A DNA stretch of 64,000 nucleotides. Source: a virus (Duplodnaviria; Caudoviricetes). The DNA is taken from positions 1-64,000 of the IMG/VR virus record IMGVR_UViG_2744054895_000001. One strand, written 5' to 3'. Below the pieces are notes generated by a model, which saw only the letters and a list, made by a program, of their open reading frames with translations, was not told the origin of the DNA and did no database searches. Of the stretch, positions 9,055-18,672 are shown in pieces (position 1 is the stretch's first letter; the number at the start of each line of letters is the position of its first letter). A program made the translations under genes and the position numbers.

Positions 9055-9333
9055 CTACTTGCAGGCGGGGTCGAGGACCGTCGAGACGCTGCCGTAGGGG
9101 CCGTCCTGGTGGTACAAGGTGGTGACGCGGACCCCGGTACCAGCCAGGCACTTGGTGGCGCCGTTACCGAAGCCGTCGGGCATCGTGAACACCAGTGCCG
9201 AGCTGTTGTCGGTGCCCGAGCGGGGGGCGTCGCGCCACGGCTCGGTGTACTTCTCACCGGGGTCGCACGCGGTGAGCGCTGTGCCGAGCAGGACGGCGGC
9301 GAGGGCGATGACGGTGGTTCTGCGGCGGATCAT
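9055..9333 (-). CDS. Putative lipoprotein
   Basis: Basic N-terminus, hydrophobic stretch and lipobox LTAC. Confidence 0.7.
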   Translation of the reverse strand: MIRRRTTVIALAAVLLGTALTACDPGEKYTEPWRDAPRSGTDNSSALVFTMPDGFGNGATKCLAGTGVRVTTLYHQDGPYGSVSTVLDPACK

Positions 9334-10109
9334 GCTGCTTGCTCCAGGCGGTAGACGGGGTTGTTAGCGCGTGCTTCGTCGATGGCTGCGAGCGGCTTCT
9401 GGCGCCAGCGCAGGGCGTACCGGCGGCAGTTGGCGCAGGTCTTGTGGGTGCAGCCGAGCAGTGGTGGCCGATGGCGGGCGTGGAAGCTCCAGGCCATGGA
9501 GTCCGACGAGGTAAGCAGGTGACCTACTCGCCTGAGGCCCGTGATCTTGAAGCCGAATCCGTGGACGCGGATGCCTCTATCGGTGGCGTCCGTGATGATG
9601 TCGGCGGCTTCCTCCATGTGCTGGCGTCGGCAGACGGAGCCGACACCAACGATCGGTTCGGCGGCCAGGTCGACGCCAGCCTTCTCGTACAGGTCGGCGC
9701 AGTGCTGGTAGTCGGCGCGTTCCCAACCTTGTAGGACAGGGATGAAGGGGAGGTCGGGAGCCGCGGCTTTGAGTTCGAGGTAGTTGTTGACGGTGCGGTG
9801 CTGGTGCTCGGTGACGGTCAGCCCGGTCTTCTGGGTGATCCACGGCTCGCACATCCAGTCCTGGGGGCTTGCCCACTGGAGCTGGCCGATCTCTTCGCTG
9901 TAACGGCGTACCGCTGCGATGTACGTGGCGAGGCTGATGGTCCACTCGCCGTGCATGGAGATCTCGGTGAAGCCTCCGCTGTCAAGGGCCCACCTGGTGA
10001 GGGCTCTGGGAAAGGTCTTGCGACCAATGAGGCGGCGGTGCGAGACGAACAGTGGGACGTTGGCGTTGCCGAGCCAGGAAGGAATGTGCGTTCCGAGGAA
10101 GAACGTCAC
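9330..10109 (-). CDS. dpdA: DpdA-like 7-deazaguanine DNA transglycosylase (TGT fold)
   Basis: [43 protein letters not shown] motifs; coupled to a YhhQ-like gene. Confidence 0.75.
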   Translation of the reverse strand: MTFFLGTHIPSWLGNANVPLFVSHRRLIGRKTFPRALTRWALDSGGFTEISMHGEWTISLATYIAAVRRYSEEIGQLQWASPQDWMCEPWITQKTGLTVTEHQHRTVNNYLELKAAAPDLPFIPVLQGWERADYQHCADLYEKAGVDLAAEPIVGVGSVCRRQHMEEAADIITDATDRGIRVHGFGFKITGLRRVGHLLTSSDSMAWSFHARHRPPLLGCTHKTCANCRRYALRWRQKPLAAIDEARANNPVYRLEQAA

Positions 10110-10615
10110 CTAGCGGCGCGGCGCCACAGCGCCACGACGAGGGAGCCAAGCAGGACTCCGTAGAGCTTGCCGATGAGTTGTCCGCCCAGGAAGCTGAGCG
10201 AGCCGAAGGCGATCGACAGGAACAGCAGGGAGTCGAGGAGGATGCCGACGACTCCCCCGACAAGGACGGCGCGGACCCAGCGGGGGGACAGCCGACTGAA
10301 GACGGCCATGTCGGCAGCTTCGCTGATCCCGAATGCTACGGCGCTGGCCAGGGCGACGGAGGGGTCGGCGGCGACGAAGGACAGCACGACACCGAAGACG
10401 AGGGCGATGACGGCGGCCCGGCGGCCGAGGGTCCACTGCACCAGGTCACGCAGGACCAGGGCGGGTCCGGCCAGGAAGACAGCGGCCGGCGCGGTGTAAG
10501 CGAAGCCGACGGAGACGGTGCCGTAGTGCTGGAAGACGAGGTTGGCCGCCGGGATGGTGGCCATGTAGGCGGCGGCACCGAGGTAGCCGAGGGCTCTGTT
10601 GGAGTCCTCAGTCAT
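10106..10615 (-). CDS. VUT/YhhQ family queuosine-precursor transporter
   Basis: Multi-TM protein with [35 protein letters not shown] motifs. Confidence 0.8.
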   Translation of the reverse strand: MTEDSNRALGYLGAAAYMATIPAANLVFQHYGTVSVGFAYTAPAAVFLAGPALVLRDLVQWTLGRRAAVIALVFGVVLSFVAADPSVALASAVAFGISEAADMAVFSRLSPRWVRAVLVGGVVGILLDSLLFLSIAFGSLSFLGGQLIGKLYGVLLGSLVVALWRRAAR

Positions 10616-11150
10616 GCGAGTACTCCTCGACCTCGATCTTGTCCTTGGTGACCTCGATCCGGCAGTGATCGCCGAACAGACCGAGCAGGACTGCGTCCGC
10701 GGAGCCGTTGTTGATGGCACCGGACAGTTCCATGGCGGACTCGTACAGCGCCTTGTCAGGGCCCTCGTAGTCGCCGTAGGAACCCTTGCGCGTGGTGTCG
10801 TCCCAGTTCCACGGCCGGCCACCGAGAGTGGGGTGATCCGAGTCGGGGCTGAAGACTTCCTCGACCATGTACGGATCGTTTTCCTTGAGGTCCTCGTGCT
10901 GCTCGGCGTCGGCCTTGGTGATCAGGTAGAAGCCGCAGGCGGAGAACTCGCAGACGTCGCCGTCATTGAAGTAAGGCGTGTACTGCTTCCAACCGAACAG
11001 GTGGACGTCCGGGTGGTCCAGGAGGGGCTTGACCAGGGCGGCGAACTCCTCCTTCGTGATCTGCGCGACACGGCTGGAGCCGGCGCTGCCCTCGCCGATG
11101 ATCGGGATGCCGAGGAAGTTCTTCTGGTCGGTCTTGGTCAGGTCGGTCAC
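10608..11150 (-). CDS. Hypothetical phage protein
   Basis: [14 protein letters not shown] motif; coupled to both neighbours. Confidence 0.65.
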   Translation of the reverse strand: MTDLTKTDQKNFLGIPIIGEGSAGSSRVAQITKEEFAALVKPLLDHPDVHLFGWKQYTPYFNDGDVCEFSACGFYLITKADAEQHEDLKENDPYMVEEVFSPDSDHPTLGGRPWNWDDTTRKGSYGDYEGPDKALYESAMELSGAINNGSADAVLLGLFGDHCRIEVTKDKIEVEEYSHD

Positions 11151-11509
11151 TGGGTTGCTGCTCCGAGAATGTGAGAGAGGGATACTTCCTTGCGCTTCGC
11201 CCCGGACATCCACGACGCGATGGGCATGCCATCGATGTAGTCCTTCGGGCTGGGAAGCCAGCCGAGGTCCTCGATGATGTGGCGCTCGGCGATGAGGCGG
11301 ACGGGGATCTCCTTGCGGCCGACCTTCAGCGTCTTGCCGAAAATCCGCTCGCAGAGGTAGACCCCGAGCGTGTGGTGGTAGAGGGCGCGGTGGCGGACGT
11401 CGCCGATGACCTGCTTGCTGCTGTCGATGAACTCGCTGATGGGCAGGTAGTCATCGGGGCTGCCACCCCACTTCCTGGCCGCCGACTGGGCGTGGTACCA
11501 GGAGTTCAC
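11147..11509 (-). CDS. DUF6915-like protein
   Basis: HA.S.ARKWGG..DY..I..F.D.SK...D.RHRAL.HH..G...CE.IFG..VR.IAE.H..ED pattern. Confidence 0.7.
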   Translation of the reverse strand: MNSWYHAQSAARKWGGSPDDYLPISEFIDSSKQVIGDVRHRALYHHTLGVYLCERIFGKTLKVGRKEIPVRLIAERHIIEDLGWLPSPKDYIDGMPIASWMSGAKRKEVSLSHILGAATQ

Positions 11510-12171
11510 GCGGCCATCCCCTTGGGGATGTCGTCGTTCTCCAGCAGGACCTTGTAGCACTGCCCGGTTTCGACGCTGTAGACGACGATGCCTTCGGCCT
11601 TGAACCCCGGTTCAGCGACGGAGCCGAGAGTGCGCAGCAGGCGCAGGGAGTCGCGGATGGACTCGTTCAGCAGGTGGCCGCGGACGCGGGCCAGTTCAGG
11701 GACGACGGTCAGTTCAGCCGGTGCGCCGTCAGGAAGGCCCTGCCCGCTGGTGCCCCATCGGGTGGTGTTGAACAGGGCGAACTTTCGGCCGACCATTCCG
11801 TAGCCGTGCTGGATGCCGCGGCCGTACCACTCGCCGTAATGCGTTCCCTCGCCGAGGTGGGCCAAGGCGCTGGCGTTGTCGGCGACCCAGGCGGCGAAGC
11901 CGAAGTTGTCGAGGGCCTGGGTGCCGTCGAGCTTCTGCCGGTTGGGGGCGATCCACCGCTTGCGGCTGCCGGCGCGCAGGACGTACAGGCCGTCCTCCTT
12001 GGATACGACGCTGTAGCCGTGCTCGTTGAGGTAGCGGGTGGCGTTCTCGTCGTCGGCCAGGCGCTTGATGGCGACCTGTGCGTTGGTGCCGTCGATCTTC
12101 TCGGTGAGGACGAACTCGCGGTTGAAGCGCGGGGTCTTCCGCCACGGATGGAAGTCGGTGACGTTGGTCAA
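11506..12171 (-). CDS. RNA ligase (Rnl2-like)
   Basis: TEKIDGTN (motif I), GEWYG, FALFN, EGIVV motifs. Confidence 0.8.
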   Translation of the reverse strand: MTNVTDFHPWRKTPRFNREFVLTEKIDGTNAQVAIKRLADDENATRYLNEHGYSVVSKEDGLYVLRAGSRKRWIAPNRQKLDGTQALDNFGFAAWVADNASALAHLGEGTHYGEWYGRGIQHGYGMVGRKFALFNTTRWGTSGQGLPDGAPAELTVVPELARVRGHLLNESIRDSLRLLRTLGSVAEPGFKAEGIVVYSVETGQCYKVLLENDDIPKGMAA

Positions 12172-12347
12172 GTCGATGCTCCGGATAGGGGCGTCATAGG
12201 TGGGGTGGTGGCGTAGTCGTCGTCCCAGTCAGGGGCGGCGCAGACTTCGCACACGGCCTGGCCGTCGATGTGGCCGGCGTACTCGTCGGCTTCGATCAGC
12301 CGGCCGCAGACGCATCGTGTTGCGTGTGGGGCGGGGCTGAGGGTCAT
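12168..12347 (-). CDS. Small zinc-ribbon protein
   Basis: CVCG...CEVC; overlaps both neighbours. Confidence 0.5.
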   Translation of the reverse strand: MTLSPAPHATRCVCGRLIEADEYAGHIDGQAVCEVCAAPDWDDDYATTPPMTPLSGAST

Positions 12348-12811
12348 TTCGTCAGCCGGTCCAGCAGACCGTTGTAGAGCTCGGTCATCTGGGCGAGGCG
12401 GGCCTCGGCGTCTCGCCACGAGTTTTTGTGCTGACCGGCTTCCTGCCGGAGGCGGGCGTTGACCTTGACGGCGTCCTCACGGGCCAGCTTCTCGTGGGTC
12501 AGCTCGTGCCTGGCAGCGGTCAGTTGGTCGGTGAGAGTCTTGCTGGGCGTCTTGCCGAGGACGGTGGCCAGCTCTTCGTGGAGGGCGGAGCACTCCACTC
12601 GTGTGAGGTTGAGGATTGCCTCGTGGGCGAAGTGCGGTGCGTCGTAACTGAGCTTGCGGCTGAGCTGGTTGAGGCGGGCCTGGTTGATGGCGGCCTTGCT
12701 GGAGGGGTCGATCTTGGCGAAGTGCACCTGGTAGCGGTCGCTGCGCAGGTCCGTGACGACGCGGGCCTTGGTGGGCAGGACGTCGGTGATGGCATCGAAG
12801 AGGCCGGGCAT
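12344..12811 (-). CDS. Hypothetical coiled-coil protein
   Basis: 155-aa ORF with GAAAGG RBS. Confidence 0.6.
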   Translation of the reverse strand: MPGLFDAITDVLPTKARVVTDLRSDRYQVHFAKIDPSSKAAINQARLNQLSRKLSYDAPHFAHEAILNLTRVECSALHEELATVLGKTPSKTLTDQLTAARHELTHEKLAREDAVKVNARLRQEAGQHKNSWRDAEARLAQMTELYNGLLDRLTK

Positions 12812-12851
12812 GGGCTGCCTTTCGTAGGGCGGCGGGTGCGGCTGCTGGGAG

Positions 12852-12968
12852 TCAGACCTTGCGGTGGGGGGTGGTCCAGGCGCCTGCGTGGTTGATCGCG
12901 TAGTAGCTGAAGAGGGCAGGGGCTTCGGCCGCCATCAGTTCGCCAATCTGGTTGGCGACTATGGGCAC
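12852..12968 (-). pseudogene. Short ORF, possible gene remnant (ThyX C-terminus-like)
   Basis: VANQIGELMAAEAPALFSYYAINHAGAWTTPHRKV; similarity recalled from memory, not verified. Confidence 0.25.
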
Positions 12969-12987
12969 GAGTTGTTGCTCCGGGGGT

Positions 12988-13947
12988 TCAGGCGGCTCGG
13001 CGGGTGATGGATGGGTTGGCTGCCCACTCCGCGATCGAGGGGCCGGGGTCGGCGCCTTCCTCGGCCCACTCGCAGGTGGTGCACAGGCGGCCGGCGGTTG
13101 AGGCTCGCTGCTTGGGTGGGCGTTCGCCCCACTTGCAGGCGGTGATTCCTCGGGCCTTGACCTGTTCTTCTAGGGCCCGGATGTGCTGGGCGGTCTCGGG
13201 GAACCAGAAGGCGATCTCGTCGAGTTCACCGGGCTTGGCGAAGGCTCCGCACAGGCACTCGCCGGACATGTGGATCAGGTCGCTCACTTCGTTGCGGGGG
13301 ACCTGGTGCAGTGCGCGGTAGTCGCGCATGTGGTCGTTGGTCCAGTGCACGATGGGCGAGGCCCAGACGATGCTTCCTTCGCGGTCGATCTCGTTGGCGT
13401 TGCGCCAGCGTCGGGACGACTCGAAGACGCGCATGCCGGCGAGGAAGATGACGCGCTGTCGGAAGGGGTTGCTGACGAACTGGTTGCGGACCTTGCGGAG
13501 TGCCCGTTCCTTCAAGCGGGTGTACATCATCTGGTGTCCGGCAGGGCCGGGGAAGCCCTTCCAGACGGGCTCGCCTTCGTGCTTGCCCTTGCTGGCGATG
13601 ACCTCGCCGCGGACGAGCTCGTCGTAGCTGTGGGGTGGGAAGGCTTCGATCAGCGGGACGTTCAGGTCGTCGGCGGTGGTGCGGACGAACTCGCGGGTCT
13701 TCTCGATGCCGATCGTGGTGTTGACGTGTACGGCGTGGGTGATGCGGTCGCGGACCAGGTGCAGCATGGTGGTGGAGTCGTTGCCGCCCGAGAACAGGGC
13801 GCAGATGGCGGTGACTTCCTTGCTGTCGGCTTCGGTCTCGGCGACGGCGCGGTCGATGATTGCGTGGGACCGCTCGATGGCCTGGTCGAGGGTAAGGGCG
13901 GCTAGCGCCTCGCCGTCGTCGTCCATCTTGGCTGGCGTGGTGGCCAT
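12988..13947 (-). CDS. PAPS reductase family (PP-loop) protein
   Basis: FSGGNDS, NTTIG, GFPGP, GMR..ES..R, SPI..W, SGECLCG. Confidence 0.8.
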   Translation of the reverse strand: MATTPAKMDDDGEALAALTLDQAIERSHAIIDRAVAETEADSKEVTAICALFSGGNDSTTMLHLVRDRITHAVHVNTTIGIEKTREFVRTTADDLNVPLIEAFPPHSYDELVRGEVIASKGKHEGEPVWKGFPGPAGHQMMYTRLKERALRKVRNQFVSNPFRQRVIFLAGMRVFESSRRWRNANEIDREGSIVWASPIVHWTNDHMRDYRALHQVPRNEVSDLIHMSGECLCGAFAKPGELDEIAFWFPETAQHIRALEEQVKARGITACKWGERPPKQRASTAGRLCTTCEWAEEGADPGPSIAEWAANPSITRRAA

Positions 13948-13967
13948 GTGAAGTTGTCTCCGGTTGG

Positions 13968-14162
13968 TCAGGTGGCGAGACAGCGGAACTGCTGGTGGAA
14001 GCCGGCGAGCTTGATCTGCGTGTACCTGCGTGTGTTCTTCGCGAAGTTGTAGGAGATGCAGTTCGCGTAGCCGCCGAAGTTCTGGGTGACGGACTGGATG
14101 TAGACGACGCGCTCGCCCTTGCTGTGCTTGTCGAGCCAGAGCTGGCCCTGGTCAACGCGCAT
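13968..14162 (-). CDS. Small hypothetical protein
   Basis: MRVDQGQLWLD...; 64 aa. Confidence 0.55.
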   Translation of the reverse strand: MRVDQGQLWLDKHSKGERVVYIQSVTQNFGGYANCISYNFAKNTRRYTQIKLAGFHQQFRCLAT

Positions 14163-14370
14163 GCTTGGGGCCCTTCTTCGGGTACTCGATGACTTCGGCG
14201 GCGATGGTGGAGGAGACGGCGGTGGTGGCGAGGAGCGTGAGGAGGATGGGCGACCAGGTGATGGCGCCGACGGTGCTGAGGGTCATGAGTGCTCCGGTGC
14301 CGGCCGCGCTTCCGTATGCGGTGACGCTCAGTACGGCGGTGGCTGCTCGGTGAAGCGTCAGGCGGACCAT
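14152..14370 (-). CDS. Small membrane protein
   Basis: Two hydrophobic segments. Confidence 0.5.
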   Translation of the reverse strand: MVRLTLHRAATAVLSVTAYGSAAGTGALMTLSTVGAITWSPILLTLLATTAVSSTIAAEVIEYPKKGPKHAR

Positions 14371-14858
14371 CGTGTTGCCCTGCTTTCTCTGTCGTTTCGG
14401 CCTACGCGTCGGGTGAGTTCTCGGGAGACGACGGCGGCTTTCCGTTCGGCGCCCTTGTGGATGGCCTCGGTCAGCTTTCGAACGGCGTACGCTTCGCGGT
14501 ACTCGGCGTCGACTTCGAGGACGTCGTCGTCTGAGGCGGCTGCCGCCTTCTGAGCGGTCACTGACTTCTCGTTCTTGGCCTTGACCGCGGCTAGGGCCTT
14601 GCAGCGTTCGAGGGCGGATTCAGCGTCCTTTTCGTCGATCGCTGCTGCCGCGAGCTGTGTTCCGGCGTATTCCTCCCACCGGGTCAACTCGACGAACAGC
14701 TCCATCAGCCTGTCGTCCAGCAGCTCCGTCAGGTTGGCTGGCAGATCGGGCATGTCGTCCTCGGGCCGGCTTCTGACCTTCAGCCCTTTGCGGCCGAGCT
14801 TCTGCATCGTCCTCGCCGAGAGCTTGTCGTCGTCCTCGTCGAGGGGCTTCCTCGCCAT
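14358..14858 (-). CDS. Helical protein, possibly a UvsY-like recombination mediator
   Basis: Coiled-coil character, VSRELTRR C-terminal motif, in the recA operon. Confidence 0.45.
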   Translation of the reverse strand: MARKPLDEDDDKLSARTMQKLGRKGLKVRSRPEDDMPDLPANLTELLDDRLMELFVELTRWEEYAGTQLAAAAIDEKDAESALERCKALAAVKAKNEKSVTAQKAAAASDDDVLEVDAEYREAYAVRKLTEAIHKGAERKAAVVSRELTRRVGRNDRESRATRWSA

Positions 14859-15786
14859 CGGTCTCGGTCTCCTGGTAGGGCTTGCACTGCTTGCAGACAT
14901 CGCCATCGACGCAGTCGGGGGCGGGCTCGCCGGTTGAGATGCGGTCCTTGATGTCTTTGGCGGCCGTCAGCAGCGGAGCGATGATGTCGGGGTTGGACCG
15001 GACGACGAACTGCTTGACGCCCTGGTTGAATTTCGACTCGTAGACGAAGGTCATCCGGTCGACGTCGAGTCCGCGTCGCTGTGCCAGCCAGAGGTAGATC
15101 TGGCCTTGGCGGATGTGGCTCGGGAAGGGGACCTTGATGGAGCCCCACATGGCCGGCAGGTCGACCATCTTGTGGCCGTCTGGGAGCGTGACCAGGTACT
15201 TGGAGAGCCGCTCGGGCTCCTCGAACCGGACCGTCCCTTCACCCACCGTTTTGATTTCCAGCAGGCTCCGGGCCGGGGCGAGCATCCCGTCGCTGTGGCC
15301 GGCGATCAGGTGGGTCCCCTCGGCGGAGAGCGGTACCTCGGCGTATTCGAGAGCCGTGCTCTTGCAGTACGTGCACTGCTTGGGGCTGGTTCCCCACCAC
15401 TTGTCGTAGCAGTGCGAGCACTTGAACATGCCCTCCAGCCAGCCGATATCCCAGGCTCGGTTCTGCCACTTGCGGTGGGATTCATGTCCGGTGTCGAAGA
15501 TGTTGAGCGACTGGAACCCGAAACTGGGCTTGTGATACACGCCCGTCGTGATGCGCAGGAACGTGGCCTTGGGGCACCAGTCGTCCTTGACCATCTCCGA
15601 GGGGTGGATGATGTCCTGTCGGCGGGAGTTGTCGTCCTTGTTCTTCTCGACGATGTGCGTTCGGACGGTGCCGAGGAAGTTCGCTTCGCCGGCCCCGCGC
15701 TTCTCAGTGAGGAAGTCGGACAGAGAGGTGGGTATGGGCGCCCTACGCTTTACGGCTCGGGGAGCCTTTCGCTTGGGGGCTGCCAT
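14620..15786 (-). CDS. Cas4-like PD-(D/E)XK exonuclease
   Basis: HPSE..WCP, GHSDG, LEIKT, Q.QIY, C..C..C Fe-S-type cysteines. Confidence 0.75.
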   Translation of the reverse strand: MAAPKRKAPRAVKRRAPIPTSLSDFLTEKRGAGEANFLGTVRTHIVEKNKDDNSRRQDIIHPSEMVKDDWCPKATFLRITTGVYHKPSFGFQSLNIFDTGHESHRKWQNRAWDIGWLEGMFKCSHCYDKWWGTSPKQCTYCKSTALEYAEVPLSAEGTHLIAGHSDGMLAPARSLLEIKTVGEGTVRFEEPERLSKYLVTLPDGHKMVDLPAMWGSIKVPFPSHIRQGQIYLWLAQRRGLDVDRMTFVYESKFNQGVKQFVVRSNPDIIAPLLTAAKDIKDRISTGEPAPDCVDGDVCKQCKPYQETETDGEEAPRRGRRQALGEDDAEARPQRAEGQKPARGRHARSASQPDGAAGRQADGAVRRVDPVGGIRRNTARGSSDRRKGR

Positions 15787-16091
15787 GGCCACGTCTCCGG
15801 TTTCTTCTGGTTCCTGTACTTCTTGCGCAGCTTGGCGCGATCATTGGGGAGCATTCCGCCCCAGACGCCGTAGCGTTCGCAGTTCTTCATGGCCCAGTCG
15901 AGGCAGCGTTGCCGCATTGGGCAGACTTTTCCGTCGGTGTCCCCGTTGCAGATCGCTGCCGCTTCCCGCATGTCGTCGAACCACGGGTCGTTGGCGCGGG
16001 AGGGGGTTTGGTACTTGCGGCACTTGGCTTCCACTTCTGGGGCGTCTCCGCCGGTCCAGTCGGGGGCCGAGCATCGGGAGAACAGTGCCAC
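15750..16091 (-). CDS. WhiB family transcriptional regulator
   Basis: C..A.AIC..CP.R..CL..A....YGVWGG. Confidence 0.85.
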   Translation of the reverse strand: MALFSRCSAPDWTGGDAPEVEAKCRKYQTPSRANDPWFDDMREAAAICNGDTDGKVCPMRQRCLDWAMKNCERYGVWGGMLPNDRAKLRKKYRNQKKPETWPWQPPSERLPEP

Positions 16092-16396
16092 TAGATCTCC
16101 AGGATGGTGTCGAAGGTTTCCTGGGAGAGCACCATCCAGTTCCTCCCTCCCATCTCGATTACGAAGACCATTTCTCTCCCGGAGAGCAGTGCGTTGCGTT
16201 CTGCGGTTCTCAACTCATCGAGCTTGAGGGTGTACTGACGCTTCTCGGTGGTCTTGGCTTCGAAGGAGAACTCGTCGTTTCGGACGTCGTTCTTGTGAAT
16301 CCAGCCGTTTCCCGATCCGGGGCTGACCTTGCCGTCGTATTTCTGGGCAAGTCCCTTTTCCTGCTTCTGGGATCTCTTAAGGACGCGGTTGGTCAC
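16091..16396 (-). CDS. Small PD-(D/E)XK nuclease (Hjc-like resolvase)
   Basis: QE..LA..PGSG..KNDV..FEAKTT. Confidence 0.65.
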   Translation of the reverse strand: MTNRVLKRSQKQEKGLAQKYDGKVSPGSGNGWIHKNDVRNDEFSFEAKTTEKRQYTLKLDELRTAERNALLSGREMVFVIEMGGRNWMVLSQETFDTILEI

Positions 16397-16535
16397 CTGC
16401 GAGCCTCTTTCGGATCATGTCCAGGAGCTGGTCGATCTCGTCGGACTTGCGTTTGAGGAAGCGGCTGGCTCGCCAGGAGACGAAGACGATGTAGATCGCC
16501 TCGGCCAAGGCCAAGGCCGTGAGGGCTTCCGTCAC
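16377..16535 (-). CDS. Small membrane protein
   Basis: Hand translation MTEALTALALAEAIYIVFVSWR...; GTGA overlap with recA. Confidence 0.5.
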   Translation of the reverse strand: MTEALTALALAEAIYIVFVSWRASRFLKRKSDEIDQLLDMIRKRLAGDQPRP

Positions 16536-17593
16536 GCTGCGGCCTCCAGCTCTTCGGGGTGGAAGGCCGTCTGGAGGACGGCGGCGGCCACTTCGTCCTG
16601 GAGGTCGAGTTCGGCGCGGAGGGAGTCGATGATCCCGTCCTTGGTGTCCCAGGTGCGCTTGGCAAAGTCGAAGTACCGGCCACGGCGGCGGATGACGTCG
16701 TAGTAGACGCCCCAGGTCATGAGGTCGCGCACCATGTCCCAGTTGCCGGCGGTGATACCGCGGCTGGGTGAGTCGTCCCAGTAGAAGTGCGTCTCGGCGG
16801 TCTTCTGCGGGCCACTGGACTTGTGCTTGATCGTCTTGAACTTCATGGCCTGGCCGACGCGGCTCTTGCCCTTGCCGGGGATCGGCTCGTCGAGGAACTC
16901 CGCGCGGGAGACCTCAAGCCTTGTCCAGTACGCAAAGTTCTTCCCAAGTCCGCCGGGGGTGGTCTTGGGCGTGCCCTGCGGGCTGAAGCCTCCGATCTTC
17001 TCTCGCCACTGGTTGATGACGATGCCCATGACGGGGCGATCTTCGGTGAGGTGACTGCGCTTGGTCGCCTTACCGGCCTTCCGGAAGAACTTGTTGGTTA
17101 CGCGGGCGCCGAGGGACACGGACAACTCGTCCATGGCCTTGGCGGCTTCCTCGTCCGCCACCAGGGCCGGGTAGCTGTCGAGGACGATGGCGTCGACCGA
17201 GCGGGAGGAGGCGAAGTCCAGCATGACCTCGTACGCCTCTTCCATGGCGTTGGTCTCCGCGACGATCACCTGGTCGGTGTTGACGCCGAGCTTCTGCGCC
17301 CAGTCGAAGTCGTAGTCCTCGGCCGCGACCCACAGGGTGCTGAAGTCTGGGTCCTTGGCCTGCTGGTTGGCGATGGTCTTGTGGACGACGGTCGTCTTGC
17401 CGGACGATTCGAAGCCGATGATCTCGGTCCACTTATTCGCCGCGAACCCACCCCCGAGGATGATGTCGAGCGGCAGATTGCCGGCGGCGAACGGCGGAGC
17501 GATCCGCATGTCGGAGGCCATGATCATGGTCTCGGGCCCGTACTTCTTGTTCAACTGGGCAACGAGTGCGAGTGCCTCTGCCGACAGCGCCAC
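16532..17593 (-). CDS. recA: RecA-like recombinase
   Basis: LDIILGGG, EIIGFESSGKTT (Walker A), IVLDS, INQWREKIG, TPGG. Confidence 0.9.
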   Translation of the reverse strand: MALSAEALALVAQLNKKYGPETMIMASDMRIAPPFAAGNLPLDIILGGGFAANKWTEIIGFESSGKTTVVHKTIANQQAKDPDFSTLWVAAEDYDFDWAQKLGVNTDQVIVAETNAMEEAYEVMLDFASSRSVDAIVLDSYPALVADEEAAKAMDELSVSLGARVTNKFFRKAGKATKRSHLTEDRPVMGIVINQWREKIGGFSPQGTPKTTPGGLGKNFAYWTRLEVSRAEFLDEPIPGKGKSRVGQAMKFKTIKHKSSGPQKTAETHFYWDDSPSRGITAGNWDMVRDLMTWGVYYDVIRRRGRYFDFAKRTWDTKDGIIDSLRAELDLQDEVAAAVLQTAFHPEELEAAA

Positions 17594-17607
17594 ACCGACC
17601 CCCTTTC

Positions 17608-17643
17608 TTGTTCTACAAGTTGTTCCTCAACTTGTTGCTCAAG
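17608..17643. promoter_or_regulatory. Tandem 12-bp palindromic motif array (3 units) upstream of recA
   Basis: TTGTTCTACAAG TTGTTCCTCAAC TTGTTGCTCAAG; minus-strand TAGTCT at 17647-17652. Confidence 0.65.
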
Positions 17644-17722
17644 AGGAGACTATGTCGGAGGTGACTCTCGCAGGGGAAGCCGAGTTAGTACTCAGCATCA
17701 CGGATCGATCACGAGTGTGGGC

Positions 17723-17751
17723 AAAGAAAATGGGCCCCCTCTCGGGGGCCC
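17723..17751 (-). terminator. Intrinsic terminator
   Basis: gggccccc/gggggccc stem followed by a U-rich tract on the minus strand. Confidence 0.65.
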
Positions 17752-17766
17752 CGCGAAAGGCGAAAA

Positions 17767-17958
17767 CTACGCCGCCGACAGGTCGGGCGCGCGAAGCAGT
17801 ACTTCACCAGTCACCAGATTCACCATCATCCGCATCCATCCGGCCTCGACCTGCTCGGCGATGACTTCGTCAATCAGACCGCCCCCCGGCCGAGTCGACC
17901 CGACGTCAGCGTCCGTACCTACAGACGCAACGACTCCCGAGCCCAGTACGACATCCAC
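17767..17958 (-). CDS. Small hypothetical protein, divergent from the XRE regulator
   Basis: GTG start with GGAG RBS; terminator downstream. Confidence 0.4.
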   Translation of the reverse strand: MDVVLGSGVVASVGTDADVGSTRPGGGLIDEVIAEQVEAGWMRMMVNLVTGEVLLRAPDLSAA

Positions 17959-18187
17959 AGCAGTGCTCCATCCCCGCGGAGCGGACCAACCGCTCCCGCC
18001 CTCGCCCCAAAAAGGACAAGATGTGGCATAGCAAAACACACCAGACTTGCGTCACAGGAGGACACAACTGGTCTAACGTCGACAATGTTCAGCAACAGCA
18101 TGGCCTCTTGTCAACTAAAGTGGCATCCTCGCACGTCAGAGGGCTGACCACCTCTGTCGTTACGTGCAACAATGGGGACGGAGAGCA

Positions 18188-18667
18188 ATGAGCAGGCCAC
18201 GATCGCTCGCCGAGAAGCTGAAAAGGCTCATGGCGAGCAGGCAGGAAAATGCATCCAGTCTGGCCACCCGGCTCGCCGACATCCCAGGAGCGGGCAAGCC
18301 GCTGTCCCGCCAGGCAGTTGACAAGATCGCCAAGGGGTCGACACCAAGCCCTGGGGTTGAGAGCATCGTCGCCCTGTCGCGAGCACTCGGCGTACCGCCG
18401 GCACACCTACTGCCTCATGAGCCCTACGACGACCTGGCCGCTCTCAACGCCTTCGAGGACCCCGGCGCCCGAAGAGTGATCGAGTTGGTCGCGGATCTAC
18501 CCGAAGGTGTCAAGGACGAGGTCGTCCAGTTGATCTTGCAACGGAGGATGGAACTAGGGTTGCCGGAACCGCCTACAGGGCAGGCGCTACCAGAGTCGGC
18601 ACCGCGATCTAGGCGGAAGCGCTCACCAGACGAAGTCGCGGGCCGGGCAGCCGATCTGATGGAGTAA
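18188..18667 (+). CDS. XRE-family HTH transcriptional regulator
   Basis: LAEKLKRL..LSRQAVDKIAKGSTPSPGVESIVALSRALGVPPAHLL. Confidence 0.8.
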   Translation: MSRPRSLAEKLKRLMASRQENASSLATRLADIPGAGKPLSRQAVDKIAKGSTPSPGVESIVALSRALGVPPAHLLPHEPYDDLAALNAFEDPGARRVIELVADLPEGVKDEVVQLILQRRMELGLPEPPTGQALPESAPRSRRKRSPDEVAGRAADLME

Positions 18668-18672
18668 CTGCC

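Noticed and set aside
14620-15786. Cas4-like gene as a sign of CRISPR-Cas
   Set aside because: No repeat-spacer array or other cas genes; solo Cas4-like nucleases are common in phages
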